Below, one piece after another: positions 10,999-22,099 of a stretch of DNA of 64,000 nucleotides; within the stretch, counting starts at the first letter, position 1, and each line of letters opens with the position of its first letter. The stretch covers positions 3,936,001 through 4,000,000 of the forward strand of contig CAVWVQ010000003.1 of NCBI GenBank assembly GCA_963758525.1, given 5' to 3'. Below the pieces are notes generated by a model. It saw only the letters and a program-made list of their open reading frames with translations, made no database searches and was not told the DNA's origin. The translations under genes were made by a program, and so were the position numbers. Origin of the DNA: an uncultured Phycisphaerales bacterium. Its GTDB lineage: Bacteria; Planctomycetota; Phycisphaerae; Tepidisphaerales; Tepidisphaeraceae.

Positions 10999-11231
10999 CG
11001 TTAATAATCCTTAGCCCCGATGCCTGCAACGGCCTGTAGGGGCGGCCACTGTTCATCAGCCGAATGATACCTGAGCTTCTGGGGCGGCGCTTGCGAACGC
11101 CCGAGAATAGCACAGTCAGCCACATCATAAGCGCGCGAGCCACCCAATTTCTAGCCGAATGACCCCTACGATCCTCACGATCGCAACAATTTTTTGGCCG
11201 CGAACGCCCCGTTGCCTGTCCGAATCCCAGC

Positions 11232-11813
11232 TCAGTGATACGTCAGCGGCGGCGGCGCGTGATCGTGGGTGTTGCCCCAATCGGCCTGCATCTCTTCGAC
11301 GATCGCCGTCGCCAGACGCTCGACGTTCAATTGCTCCGCCACGAAACGCCCTTCGCCAAGCGTCGGATAGAATGGGGCCGTTTGCGCGAAGCGCTGGCGG
11401 GTCACCAGAATTTTCCCGGTGCGCTGATCGGTCCAGGTGAAGTTGACGCTCACGTCATACACCTGCTCCTGCGGCTCGCTCGTCTGCGGGTTGTTGCTGA
11501 GAGTCTGCACGTGAACCTGCTCGATCTCCCCCTCGAGAATGGTGTCGGCCGACGCCCGCTCGACCACTTTGTATGGCGTCTGGCTCTCCACCGCGTTGAC
11601 TACCGCTTTGGAGAGCGCGAACTCGACGCCGCGCCAATACGTGCGATTGCCAAACACAGGGATCGCGATGGTCTTGACGTCGTCGCGGTAGAGCGTCTGC
11701 CAGGTGTAGCCATTGGAATTGTCCATGCTTCCGTTGTGCTGATACCCGCAACCGGACGCCGCGATGATCAGCGCTGCGAAGCATGCTAAATGAACGTGCG
11801 CAATTGCGCGCAC
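11232..11813 (-). CDS. lptE: LPS-assembly lipoprotein LptE-like
   Basis: Lipobox AASGC-GY, KTIAIPVFGNRT, ADTILEGEI; follows bamD; start uncertain (11813 or 11912). Confidence 0.75.
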   Translation of the reverse strand: MRAIAHVHLACFAALIIAASGCGYQHNGSMDNSNGYTWQTLYRDDVKTIAIPVFGNRTYWRGVEFALSKAVVNAVESQTPYKVVERASADTILEGEIEQVHVQTLSNNPQTSEPQEQVYDVSVNFTWTDQRTGKILVTRQRFAQTAPFYPTLGEGRFVAEQLNVERLATAIVEEMQADWGNTHDHAPPPLTYH

Positions 11814-11908
11814 GTGCGAGCAGTATGCTGCCCTTAGGGCAGCCGCTAAACGGTTTTTGGAAGCGCGTAATCGCGCACCTTCATTTAGGAGAGAACGCGG
11901 GAAAACAC

Positions 11909-12952
11909 TCACGGCGTGTTCTCCGGCAAGGGATTCGTCGCGGGGAAGTAATTATCAGAATTCACCGGTGGCGGGGGGGTCGCCAGGGCGTCGGCGGGCA
12001 GCCGCGCCAGAGCCGTGCGAACGCTGCCGGCAACGGGGGCGCCGGGATACTTCTGCAGCATGTAGCGATAGACGTACGCCGCCGCTATTGGCTTGTGCGT
12101 GCGCGTATAGAAGTCGCCCGTGATGTAAAGCTTGTCTGCCAGCGTATTGTCGATCCGCTCGACGCGCTCTTTCACGTTCTCCTGAGCCGCCAGATCGGGG
12201 AACTTTTCGATCACTTCCAGAAACTGGGATCGCGCGTCGAGAAGGGGGGTTGAGTCGTAGCGCACGCCGCGGAACTGGGCGAGGGAGGAAAATGCCTCCC
12301 GCAGCTTGACGTACGAGACATCGGGGCTGCGAGGGTAGGCGCGGGCAAACGCGCCGTATGCATCCTCGGCCAGATCGAATTGTGAACTGCGGAAATAATA
12401 GTCGGCCGTGCGAAGCAGGGCGCGTTCCGCCAGCGCCGAGCCGGGCGAGCGCTCCTGAACGCGATAGAGCATCTCGATTCCCTCGTCCTCGGCCGGGAGA
12501 ATATGAAAGCCCAGAAACTTGCGGTTGTACCCGCTGAGGAAGGCATCGCCGATGTCGTATTGTTTTTGCAGCGCGGCTGCGAAGAACTGGCTTGCCGGGT
12601 ATTTGTCCATCAACTCATCGAAGTGATAGAACGCGGTGATGCGATCGTCCTGCTCGTAATAAATCTCGCCGAGCAGAAACAGCCCCCGATCGCGGTCCGC
12701 CGCCTGCGGATTTTGCTTGAGCCAAGGAGACAGCAGGTCGTGCGCCTCGGAAACCCGATGCGCGTCGAGCAATCGCTCGACCTGATCGAGCGTGGGATTT
12801 GCAATAAATTGCGGCGTCGGAGCAGTCGATATTTCGTGCCACCGCCCGTGCCCGCCGTATTCCGAAACCTGCGATGCCGGCGGCTCCGCGCCGGCGATCG
12901 CTGTCGCGCCCAGAATGAGAATGCTTGCGCGAGAGAGGCTGCTCCATGCCAT
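11909..12952 (-). CDS. bamD: Outer-membrane assembly factor BamD-like TPR protein
   Basis: Signal peptide, TPR repeats ending YPAS/YPRS/KFPD, C-terminal GDFY...AAAYVYRY...YP; recO-bamD-lptE context. Confidence 0.75.
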   Translation of the reverse strand: MAWSSLSRASILILGATAIAGAEPPASQVSEYGGHGRWHEISTAPTPQFIANPTLDQVERLLDAHRVSEAHDLLSPWLKQNPQAADRDRGLFLLGEIYYEQDDRITAFYHFDELMDKYPASQFFAAALQKQYDIGDAFLSGYNRKFLGFHILPAEDEGIEMLYRVQERSPGSALAERALLRTADYYFRSSQFDLAEDAYGAFARAYPRSPDVSYVKLREAFSSLAQFRGVRYDSTPLLDARSQFLEVIEKFPDLAAQENVKERVERIDNTLADKLYITGDFYTRTHKPIAAAYVYRYMLQKYPGAPVAGSVRTALARLPADALATPPPPVNSDNYFPATNPLPENTP

Positions 12953-13230
12953 GCCGCCGATTCTAATGGCGCCCCACAAGCGGGGCAAATCCGCGGAAGG
13001 CACGAAGGGGAGAGGAAGGCACGAAGGCACGAAGGCACGAAGGCGCGGAGGCACGAAGGGAAGAGGGGTGGAAAGGGAAGGTTTGAGAAGGGTTGGCACC
13101 TGGAGAGGGGGTAGTAGCGTGCAGAGACGCTCGTGCATCCGGTCCGGTTCGAACTCGCCGACGGTATCGCCGTGGCTTGCCCTTCGCGGAGCGCAAGACA
13201 TCCGCCCACGCAATCCTCCCCGATTTCAGT

Positions 13231-13975
13231 TCACTCCCCCAAAATATACCCCCGCATCCGCAGCGGACGCCCCAGGGTCTGCTCAATGTGATCGGCAAGC
13301 AGACGATTCAGCGGGTCGGTCTGATGGCGTGTCACCTGCGGGAGCCTTGCGACGCGGAGCAGCGTCTGGAGGAGTCGGAGCAATCGGATGTCGAGCTTGA
13401 GACGATCGGGAAGACGCGCTTCGCAGTTTCTGCAGACAATCCCGCCGCGCGAGGCGGAGAACCAGACGGCTGTCCAGTCGTCGGCCGGCGCACCGCACGA
13501 GACGCACGCCAGAAGTTCGGGCAGATACCCGGATTCCCGGAGCAGATCGAGCGCGAACGCCAGAAAAACCTCCTCGCGCCGCGGCGTTCCCACCTGCGGC
13601 AACAGCGTCGCCAGCTTATCGAACAGTTGTGGATGCGAATCGTGCTCTTCGATGAGCCGGCCGACGAGTTCGGCGGCGTACAGCCCCAGGCGGATTCCGC
13701 GCAACGTCTTGCGCAATTCGAGATGCCCTTCGTCGAGATGCCATTCCGTGAGGGTCGAAAGCTCGCGCGGGGTCATGTGTAAAGACGGCGCTGCCCAGAT
13801 CCAGGAAGTCAACGCCGCCGTCAAATCGGCTTGCCCCCGCCTTGGTACGGCGGTGGGCGCCCTTGGCGATCGCGCGGATGATCCCGTGCTCACGGGAAAA
13901 AAGCGTGAGGATCTGCGAGGTTTCGCTGTATTCGGTCTTGAACAGGCAGATACAGCGGTCTTGGACTAGCGGCAT
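13231..13975 (-). CDS. recO: DNA repair protein RecO (one frameshift near 13770-13800, probable sequencing indel)
   Basis: YSETSQILTLFSREHGIIRAIAKGA in one frame; GYLPELLACVSCG...GGIVCRNC zinc finger in another. Confidence 0.9.
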
Positions 13976-14044
13976 GACCCGTCATTTTAGCACGGGTTGC
14001 AGTCGCGGCGGCAGTTCTTTACTCTGCTGGGAACAGAGCAGTCC

Positions 14045-14117
<73 letters not shown>

Positions 14118-14140
14118 ATCAGAATTTTGATTCAGAACTG

Positions 14141-14398
14141 TTACCGGGAAATCAACCGCGCCCCGTGCGAGGCGTTGATCGGCTGACTGCCCAAGCCCGA
14201 CATGTCGCGGTGAATAGACACCTCCGCGATGCACATCGCCACCAGAAGCGCAACCATCCCGAGGCCGAAAATAGATCCGATGCACCACAGCAATAACGAC
14301 TCCCGAGAGCTCGGCGAGGTCGTCCGTGGCACATTCGCGAGCCGCTCAACCCCGCCCGCTTCGAGGTCGCATTCATCCAACGAAACAATGCTCTCCAT
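14141..14398 (-). CDS. Small single-TM hypothetical protein
   Basis: Purine-rich RBS before the ATG; one hydrophobic helix (LLLWCIGSIFGLGMVALLVAMCIA). Confidence 0.4.
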   Translation of the reverse strand: MESIVSLDECDLEAGGVERLANVPRTTSPSSRESLLLWCIGSIFGLGMVALLVAMCIAEVSIHRDMSGLGSQPINASHGARLISR

Positions 14399-14656
14399 CT
14401 TCGCTCTCTCCACTCCACCCGCTGCACATCGACCCTTTTCAACCTACAATCCACGTTACGATCAGGCAAACGCAAAGGTTCTTTCGATTCCAGAATTTTT
14501 GCGGCGGCGTATTAAGGTTATAACTGGCGCTGGATTAAGGAACAACGTGTCCCACGGCATCAAGAGCCCTCTGGGTAATCAAACGCCTCGAACGTCCGTT
14601 TTAGACGTGGTTTAAGGACCATCCCCCTCTCCCGGTATTCCTTCAGGAGTTCAAAA

Positions 14657-15549
14657 ATGCCGCTGACCATCAATGGACAGGCCGTCGAAGATGGGGTTGT
14701 CGAGGCGGAGTTTGCCCAAATCAAGACCTATTTCGAGCGTTTGGGCAATGTCTCCTGCTGCGAACGGGACGATGAATTTCGCGGCTACGCCCGGGAAAAC
14801 ATTATCGCGCGGGTGCTGCTCCTGCAGGAATCGGGCCGCCGGATCGGCGCGCTGCCGGCCGACGAAATCGACGCCGCAATGCACGCGCTCGAGCAGTCGC
14901 ACGGAGGGCGGGAGCAACTGCTGGCTGCGCTGGGCGCCTCGCCCGAGCAGCTCGATCTGGTGCGCAACGACGTCGCGGCGGATGTGCGGGTGAGAAAAAT
15001 GGTCGACGCGCTGTGCGATCTGGAAGGGCAGCCGGATGAGCAGTCCCTTCGCCAATATTACGCGGATCACCAGGACGCATTCATGAGTGCCGAGGAGGTG
15101 CGGGCGTCGCACATCCTCAAAACGGCTCGTCGTGCGGAGGACCGCCAGAAAGCGTTCGACGAATTGCGGAGCGTGCGTCAGCAGCTTGTCGGCGGCGCGG
15201 ACTTCGACACGCTCGCCCGCGAGCATTCAGACAAAGCCGCCGAGCACATCGATTTTGGCTACTTCAAGCGTGGAGAGCTCCCCGAAGAAGTGGAAGTAGT
15301 CGCCTTCTCAATCGCGGCGGGGGAGATCAGTCCCATTTTTCTCTCGGCCTACGGGTATCACCTGATCAAGGTCACCGGCCGCAAGCCGCCGGCGCCCGGC
15401 CGTTTGAAGAGATTCAAACCGAAGTTCTCGACCGTCTGATGACAGACCGACGCGCGGAAGTGACCCGCAAGCTCGTTGAAGAACTGAAGACATCCGCCAC
15501 GATTGAAGATCAAACTCCGCTTGCCGAAGCGCCAGTCCACGTCCATTAA
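14657..15549 (+). CDS. PpiC/parvulin-type peptidylprolyl isomerase with N-terminal chaperone helices (frameshift near 15395)
   Basis: AGGAG RBS; VRASHIL, DFDTLAREHSD, FGYFKRGEL, GYHLIKV; the alternative frame continues PFEEIQTEV...PVHVH to TAA at 15549. Confidence 0.85.
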
Positions 15550-15696
15550 TCGGCATGCAGCCGCTTTACAATCCAGGACAACGCGAGCGGCCGCCGGACG
15601 GTCGATGCTCACTTTTCGCTCGCAATCGGCCGTTCGCTTTACCAAAGTTTACAGAATTTTACGCTTTCGACTGTTGTGTAAATATCAAAAAACTGC

Positions 15697-16128
15697 TTGC
15701 AATTAAATAATAATGAGACATTTGCCCCCGCTGATTCGGTGCTGGAAATCAGTCTCGAACTGCTTCGCCGCATGGGCGTTCTCGCGCCCATCGGTTCGGG
15801 AGAAACTGACCCGGACGTTCACGAGGGGGACGTCAATCTCGCCCGCGGCAGACAGGAAGCAGAGCAGCGGCTGGCAAAGTCCGTCAACGACGCCCAACGG
15901 TGGCTCGATGAAATACCGCCGGACTTCCTCGCTGAAGAGATCACCCGCCGGGCGGCGAAGCGCGTCAACAGCGCAAAGCTCGAACCAACACCGCGCCGTC
16001 CCCTCGAGCGGCTGCAAACGCGAAGTAGCGTCCGAGCTGTCACTCGTCGCGTTTGGTGCACAACTGAAGGCACGAAGGCACCAAGGCACGGAGGGGAAGG
16101 CACGGAGGCACGGAGGCACGGAGGGTAG
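15697..16128 (+). CDS. Hypothetical protein
   Basis: Plausible helical ORF after an AT-rich promoter-like region; 3' end runs into GGCACGGA repeats. Confidence 0.35.
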   Translation: MQLNNNETFAPADSVLEISLELLRRMGVLAPIGSGETDPDVHEGDVNLARGRQEAEQRLAKSVNDAQRWLDEIPPDFLAEEITRRAAKRVNSAKLEPTPRRPLERLQTRSSVRAVTRRVWCTTEGTKAPRHGGEGTEARRHGG

Positions 16129-16444
16129 GACGCTGGCGCAACGGAGGTTTGTGGGGCGATCTACTGTCGCGGGCCGCGGTTTCACTATCCTGCAAAACAC
16201 AGAAGCTCGCGGCCTCAGCCGCGTCATTCCCTTCGTGCCTACGTGCCTACGTGCCTTCCCCTTCCTTCCCCTTCGTGCCCTCCTTAAACTCCTGCCCACC
16301 TTTTTCCTTTGGGTTCGGGCCTTTGTTGGCCATTGGGCCTTGGGGCATTCAGCTTTCCTCTGACGCCAGCCGCATTTTTCGTCAGCGACGAAATTCTCTT
16401 CGGAATTCCGGAAAAAGTTCCGGGTCTCGTGCATCTATATTTGC

Positions 16445-16857
16445 ATGACGAAGCTTAAAAGGGGGTTTTCCCCCCAATCAATCTGTCGGGTCGGTCTAAA
16501 GAGGTGCTCACGCTTCTCCGTTCTGGATTAGCGGAAAAAGAGATAGCTCGAACGTTGGGGCTTTCTCTGAATACTGTCCACGCCTACGTTAAAAGAATCT
16601 ATCTGGAATACGACGTCCCGAGCCGCGCTGATCTTTTGGCGCTCTGGGCGTCAGAAGAGGTATGGGAAATGCGAGACGATCTGCCACGGGACGGCTCGCA
16701 ATCAGTCGCCGATGAGCTTGAACGCGCTACCCACCACCTCACCAGGGCGCAGATGGCAGCCCAGAACGACGACATAGCGGCGAGCTTCCAAGACGAGATA
16801 AACGCTCTCAAAACTCTGCTGCAAACGCTGGTCGAGCGCACAAGGGAGCAATCCTAA
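16445..16857 (+). CDS. LuxR-type HTH regulator (N-terminal HTH; probable indel in the A4G5T4C6 run near the start)
   Basis: LSGRSKEVLTLLRSGLAEKEIARTLGLSLNTVHAYVKRIY...SRADL. Confidence 0.75.
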
Positions 16858-17037
16858 AGATGCCTGGCCAGCAGCGATCCAATACAACACTTGTGCCGCG
16901 GACTGGGAGCGATCTGTCAACCCCAGAGCTGCGGCTGCCATATCACCTGAATAGGTGGACCTGTATAGGGGAGCGTCTCGGCACTTTGAAAAAGGCAACA
17001 AGACACGCAGAGTCTCTGCTCATAAGGAGCAACTGCG

Positions 17038-17799
17038 ATGTCCGAAACCGCACAGAAACCGACAGCGACGCTGATAGTTCATCGTTATCCGATGCTACGG
17101 CTGGGAGTCCGTTATACCCTGGAACAGGGTCAACTCTTCCGAGTCGTCGGGGAAACCGCCGACCCGGACGAAGGATTCGCCCTGATCGAATCCTCGGCGC
17201 CGGAGCTGGTGATCCTCGGGATGCAGTTTCCCAGCCGCACCGGTTTTGACGTCCTACGGGATATTAAAAAGCACTGGCCGAGCCTGCACGCGGTGGTCTA
17301 TTGCGACGTTCCGATGCCCGATTACCCGGAGCGATGCCTGCGAGCCGGGGCAAACGGGTACGTGGCGATGACCGAGCCAATTGGAAATTTTGTCCAGGCA
17401 ATCTCCAAGGTTCAGCGCGGGCAACTCTACCTGAGCGACGAGAATCCGACGGCCGTACTGTCTCGCCTGGCACGAACTGAAGGGCGTATGCCGCGATCAG
17501 CGATCGAAAGGCTCAGCGAAAGTGAATTGGGGGTACTGACGTTCATCTCCAAGGGAATGTCCAATCGAGAGATCGCGCAAGCGTTGCATCGGAGCGTGAA
17601 GACGGTCGAAACCTACCGATCCCGCATCAAACGCAAAGTCGGCGTCGGCAATGCAACGGCCCTGGCGCAATTCGCAATGATGCATTTTGATGCGAGCGGT
17701 TTGACGCGAGTGCTGGCCGGCGCGGAAGGGCGGCGGGGAAGCGACAGGGACGGCTCATCAACCAATCTTTCGCAACATTCCCTGGCTGCGAGCAGGTAA
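17038..17799 (+). CDS. NarL/LuxR-family response regulator with atypical receiver domain
   Basis: AAGGAG RBS; REC-like N-terminus plus LSESELGVL...GMSNREIAQALHRSVKTVETYRSRIKRK HTH. Confidence 0.9.
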   Translation: MSETAQKPTATLIVHRYPMLRLGVRYTLEQGQLFRVVGETADPDEGFALIESSAPELVILGMQFPSRTGFDVLRDIKKHWPSLHAVVYCDVPMPDYPERCLRAGANGYVAMTEPIGNFVQAISKVQRGQLYLSDENPTAVLSRLARTEGRMPRSAIERLSESELGVLTFISKGMSNREIAQALHRSVKTVETYRSRIKRKVGVGNATALAQFAMMHFDASGLTRVLAGAEGRRGSDRDGSSTNLSQHSLAASR

Positions 17800-17914
17800 A
17801 AGTCCGGAGCTGCCAGCGTCAATATCCAGAAGAACGGGAACGACTAAGCAGTTTAGGCCCGCGGGCCATTTTCCGGCCGCCACAGAGATGAGCAAAAGGG
17901 GTCATCAGAATCGC

Positions 17915-18203
17915 TCATGCCGCGTCTGGTTTATTGGCGCCACGACGCATGCCGGCGAGCAACTTGTCTATGAACGCTTCACCATCAGCCAGCTCGCCGC
18001 GCCGCCTGCGCCGCGGCGTTCTTCAGCTTTTTCTTCAGCGCGGCATGGGCGGCTTCCCGGTTGCGCTCCTGCAACTCCAACAGCCGCAATCCTTCGCGCA
18101 CCACCTCGCTGGCCGTCTGGTATCGCCCGGTGGCAACCCGGCTCTCGACAAATTCCTCCAACTCTACGGTGAGCGAAACATTCAATGTATGGCGCGTCGA
18201 CAT
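17915..18203 (-). CDS. ParD-like (CC2985 family) RHH antitoxin, orphan (indel near 18000)
   Basis: LNVSLTVELEEFVESRVATGRYQTASEVVREGLRLL; alternative frame ends GELADGEAFIDKLL...PDAA*. Confidence 0.85.
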
Positions 18204-18364
18204 ATCCGAATTATAGAACCAAAATTGGGTGTGGCAACATGTGACAACGCCTTGCCCGGCGCCCGGCGGCGGACTCGCGACGCGATATTCGCGGGTGCGA
18301 AGCGGAAGAAGGCACGCAGGCACCAAGGCGCCCGCCGCGGCGGGTGCCTTCTCTGACCGAAGAA

Positions 18365-19313
18365 TCACTTCGACAGTGGCACAAAGCACTCTTCCGCCGG
18401 CACCGGTTTGTCGATCGCTTTCAGATCGACCAATTGCTGCACGAGCGTCTTCCACCGATCGAGGGTCATCTCTCCGACGGCGGTGCCTGCGGTTTGAATC
18501 AGAGGCTGCTGCGCGGCGGCGGCGTCGTGAAAAGTGGCGTCGTCCATGGCGGGATTTAAGGTGTGCATGAAAACGTTGGTGGCCGTGGGATCCTGCAGAT
18601 AGGCGAGCCAGCCATCGCGGCAGGCTTCGGTCATCGCGCGCACCAGATCGGGATGTGCTTTGGCATAGGCGTCGCTCGTTGCCAGCACGGTTGTGTACGG
18701 GTTGTAGCCGGCATCGGAGATGAGGAACGTCTGCGGATCACCTTTCGATTTTGCCGCGACCAGGGGCTCGGAAGTGATGAAGCATTGCTGGGAGAAGGTT
18801 GGATCCTTGAGGAAGACGGTGACGTCGCCGCCGGGGGAAGGGACGATGCGAACTTTGTCGAAGCCTAACTTGCTCTTGAGAAAATCGGAGTAGGGGAGTC
18901 CGCTCTCGATGGCCAGCGTTCCCGGGTTGGTGAAGACATCCGCCAGCGTTTTGAAGCCGCGGGCGGCATGCACCATGATTCCCTGCGGGCAGGTTTGATA
19001 GACCGCGAAGAGGGCGACGATCGGATTGCCGCGTGCTCGCGAGATGATCAACTCGTCGGCACTGACGATTCCAAAATCCGCCGTGCCCGCGCCAATCATC
19101 TGCACCGTCGGGGTGCCGACGTTCCCGGCGGTGACATTGACATCGAGGCCGTGCTTCTTGAAATCACCCTCCTGCTGCGCCGCGTAGAACCCTCCGAACT
19201 CCGGCTCGGGCTGCCAATCGAGCTGCAGGATGGTCTGTTTTTGCTTGCAACCGATCGTGGCCAGCAGCAGAGCTACGAAGATCCACGGCGCTCGCCCGCT
19301 ACGCCTGGCCGCA
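18365..19313 (-). CDS. ABC transporter substrate-binding lipoprotein, NMT1/THI5-like (start uncertain)
   Basis: Lipobox LLATIGC, LQLDWQPEPEFGGFYAA, GLDV, ADFGI, YNPY. Confidence 0.8.
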
Positions 19314-19614
19314 ATCCAGAAAAAGCCGCCCGATGACCACCAGTGCAGCCTCGCGCTCCCCGGATGCAAAAAAGAGAAGAGCCGCGAAGGCGCGAAGGCG
19401 CGAAGACAGCCGCGAAGAAGAACGACGATTTGGAAGCTTCTTCCTCCGCCGCTTTCTCCCTCTTCCTTCGCTTCTGTCTTCGCGTCTTCGCGTCTTCGCG
19501 GCTCTTGATTTGAATGCGGTTGCGCTCGGGGTCCTCGCGTCCTTCCGGCTCCTTTGTCTTGATCTGGGGATTGATCAACAAATGCCCGCGTGGTTGGGAC
19601 GTTTGCGCGTTGAT

Positions 19615-20540
19615 TCACGATTTGGTTGCTCCCAGCAGCACGGCCAGCAGTCCCTTTTGGAAATGCAGACGGTTGGCCGCCTGCGGGAAGACGAGCGAAC
19701 GCGGGCCTTCCATGACCTCGGCGCTGATCTCCAGCCCGCGATACGCTGGCAGGCAATGCAGAACGACGGCGTGAGACGGCGCGGCGGCGAGCAGCGTCTC
19801 ATCGAGCTGGAACCCGGCGAAGTCATGCAGCCGCCGGGCCTTTTCCGCTTCCTGGCCCATGCTCACCCACGTGTCGGTGTAGATCGCGTCGGCGCCGCGC
19901 ACCGCATCGGCAGGATCGCTGGAAAACTCGAAATCCAACTCCGGGACGTTTTGCATGATCTGCGTGATCTCCTCGGACGGCAGCTTGTATGCGCCGGGGG
20001 ATGCGATGACGAATCTGATCCCGAATTTTCCGCACGCCACCGCCAGCGATCGGGCGACATTGTTGCCGTCGCCGATGAACGCGAGGGTGCGTCCGTGGAG
20101 CGAGCCGAAATGCTCGCGCAGCGTCATGAGGTCGGCCATCGCCTGGCAGGGATGATTGAAATCGGTCAGTCCGTTGATCACCGGCACGCTCGACCACCGC
20201 GCCAGGCCCGTGACGCTTTCGTGTTGAAACGTGCGGGCCATGATTCCGTCGCACATGCCCGAGAGAACGCGTGCGACGTCCTCGATCGGCTCGCGCGTTC
20301 CCAGTCCCACTTCCTCCTGCCGCAGCACCAGCCCCGCGCCGCCAAGCTGCGTCATCGCGACCGCAAAGCTCACGCGCGTCCGCAGGCTCGGCTTCTCGAA
20401 AATCATTGCCAGCGTCTTGCCCCACAGGATCGGCTCGTTGCGCCCTTGCGCTGCAGCTCGTCTTTCAGGCGCGCGGCCTCGTCCAGCAGATGCGTCAGCT
20501 CCGCCGGTGAGTGGTCGGCAATGGCGATGAAGTGGGTCAT
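19615..20540 (-). CDS. argF: Ornithine carbamoyltransferase (indel near 20450)
   Basis: FEKPSLRTRVSF, HPCQAMAD, GDGNNV, DTWVSMGQE, HCLPA; N-terminus MTHFIAIADHS in the adjacent frame. Confidence 0.95.
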
Positions 20541-20895
20541 GGGAAGGGGAAGGCACGAAGGCACCCACCGCGGCGGGTAAACTGCGGCACCAAGGCACGA
20601 ACGGGAAGAGGGACGGAGGGAGGGAGGGGCCGGGGAATTGCAAATTGCAAATTGGGGATTGCAAATTGCAAATTTTGGGAAGACGTACGGACGTGTGGTA
20701 GTGCTGCCACGACTTCGAAAGGTCCTCCCTCCCTTTGTCCCTTTGTCCCTTTATCCCTTTGTCCCTTTCCCCCCAATTTGCAATCCTCAATAGTTCTGAT
20801 GGTTAACGTTCGGAACGTCACAAAACGGCGCCGGACAGCAGCCATCTTCGGATCCAACTTCTGGCTCCTGACTTCTGGCTCCTGGCTCCTGTGTC

Positions 20896-21777
20896 TCACA
20901 ACACTATCTCCGTTCCAATGCCCGCTTCCGTGTAAATTTCCAGCAGCAGTGCATGCGGAATTCGGCCGTCGATGATGTGCGTCTTGTTGACTCCGCCTTT
21001 GAGGGCCAGGATGCAGGCTTCGACTTTGGGAAGCATGCCGCTGGAGATGGCGCCGGACTTGGTCAGCTCCTCGATCTGACCGATGGTCAGATGGCTCACC
21101 AGGCTGCTCGGGTCGTCGGGGCGGGTGCGAATGCCGTGCGTGTCGGAAACGAGCACCAGCTTGTCGGCCTTCATCTTGGCGGCGACCGCGCCGGCGGCCG
21201 TGTCGGCGTTGACGTTGAGCCGCCCGCCCGCCTCGTCGCGGGCGATGGGCGCGATGCAGGGAATCGAGTCGGCCTGCACCAGCAGTTGCAGCAGCCGGGC
21301 GTTCACGTCCTTGATCTCCCCCACCAGGCCCAGATCCACCCGCCGCCCATCGGCGCCGGCGAGATATGCCTTCTCGGCAAACAGCACATTGCTGGAGAGC
21401 GAATGCAATCCCATCGCCTCGCATCCCTGCGTCTGAATGAAGTTCACGATGAACTTATTAATCTGTGAGCAGAGCACGTGCTCGGCAATCGCCAGCGTGC
21501 GATCGTCCGTGTAGCGCCGGCCCATGACCATCTGCGGCTTCAGGCCCGCCGTTTCCATCGCCTGGTTGATCGCTTTCCCGCCGCCATGCACGAGCACCGG
21601 CTGCATGCCCACGTAATTCATGAAGACGATGTCGATCAGAAGGGTGGTGAGCGTTGCCTCGTCGTCCATGATCGAGCCGCCGACTTTGACGACGACGACT
21701 TTGTTGTGAAATCGCTGGATGTAGGAGAGGGCCTCGACCAGTCCCGCAGCCTTGCTGATTGCCTTGTCCATGACCAT
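20896..21777 (-). CDS. argB: Acetylglutamate kinase
   Basis: VVKVGGS, VHGGG, GRRYTD, NVNADTAA, GMLPKV, HIIDGRIPHALLLE. Confidence 0.95.
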   Translation of the reverse strand: MVMDKAISKAAGLVEALSYIQRFHNKVVVVKVGGSIMDDEATLTTLLIDIVFMNYVGMQPVLVHGGGKAINQAMETAGLKPQMVMGRRYTDDRTLAIAEHVLCSQINKFIVNFIQTQGCEAMGLHSLSSNVLFAEKAYLAGADGRRVDLGLVGEIKDVNARLLQLLVQADSIPCIAPIARDEAGGRLNVNADTAAGAVAAKMKADKLVLVSDTHGIRTRPDDPSSLVSHLTIGQIEELTKSGAISSGMLPKVEACILALKGGVNKTHIIDGRIPHALLLEIYTEAGIGTEIVL

Positions 21778-22099
21778 GTGCGGGCCCGCTCCGAAAAAGA
21801 AAGTCGAAGTGTAGAAAGGGAAGTGGGAGCCGTCAAAAGGTGGGAGGGTGGGAGGCGCGGGGACAGCCGCGAAGGGCAAGCCACGGCGGTGTCGCTGGCG
21901 AGTTCGGAACGTTCCCGAATTCGGTGGGGTTTACCAAATGTGCAATTGAAATTTTGGAAATCGCAGAGGGTGCCACGGTCGAACGCTGCCACGTCGAACT
22001 CGCGAACCGTGCCGCCGCGGCTTGCCCCTTCGCGGAGGCGCTTTCACGTTTGGGTGATCGCGCTTTTGATAATGCTCATCGATCATCCGTACACTTCCC

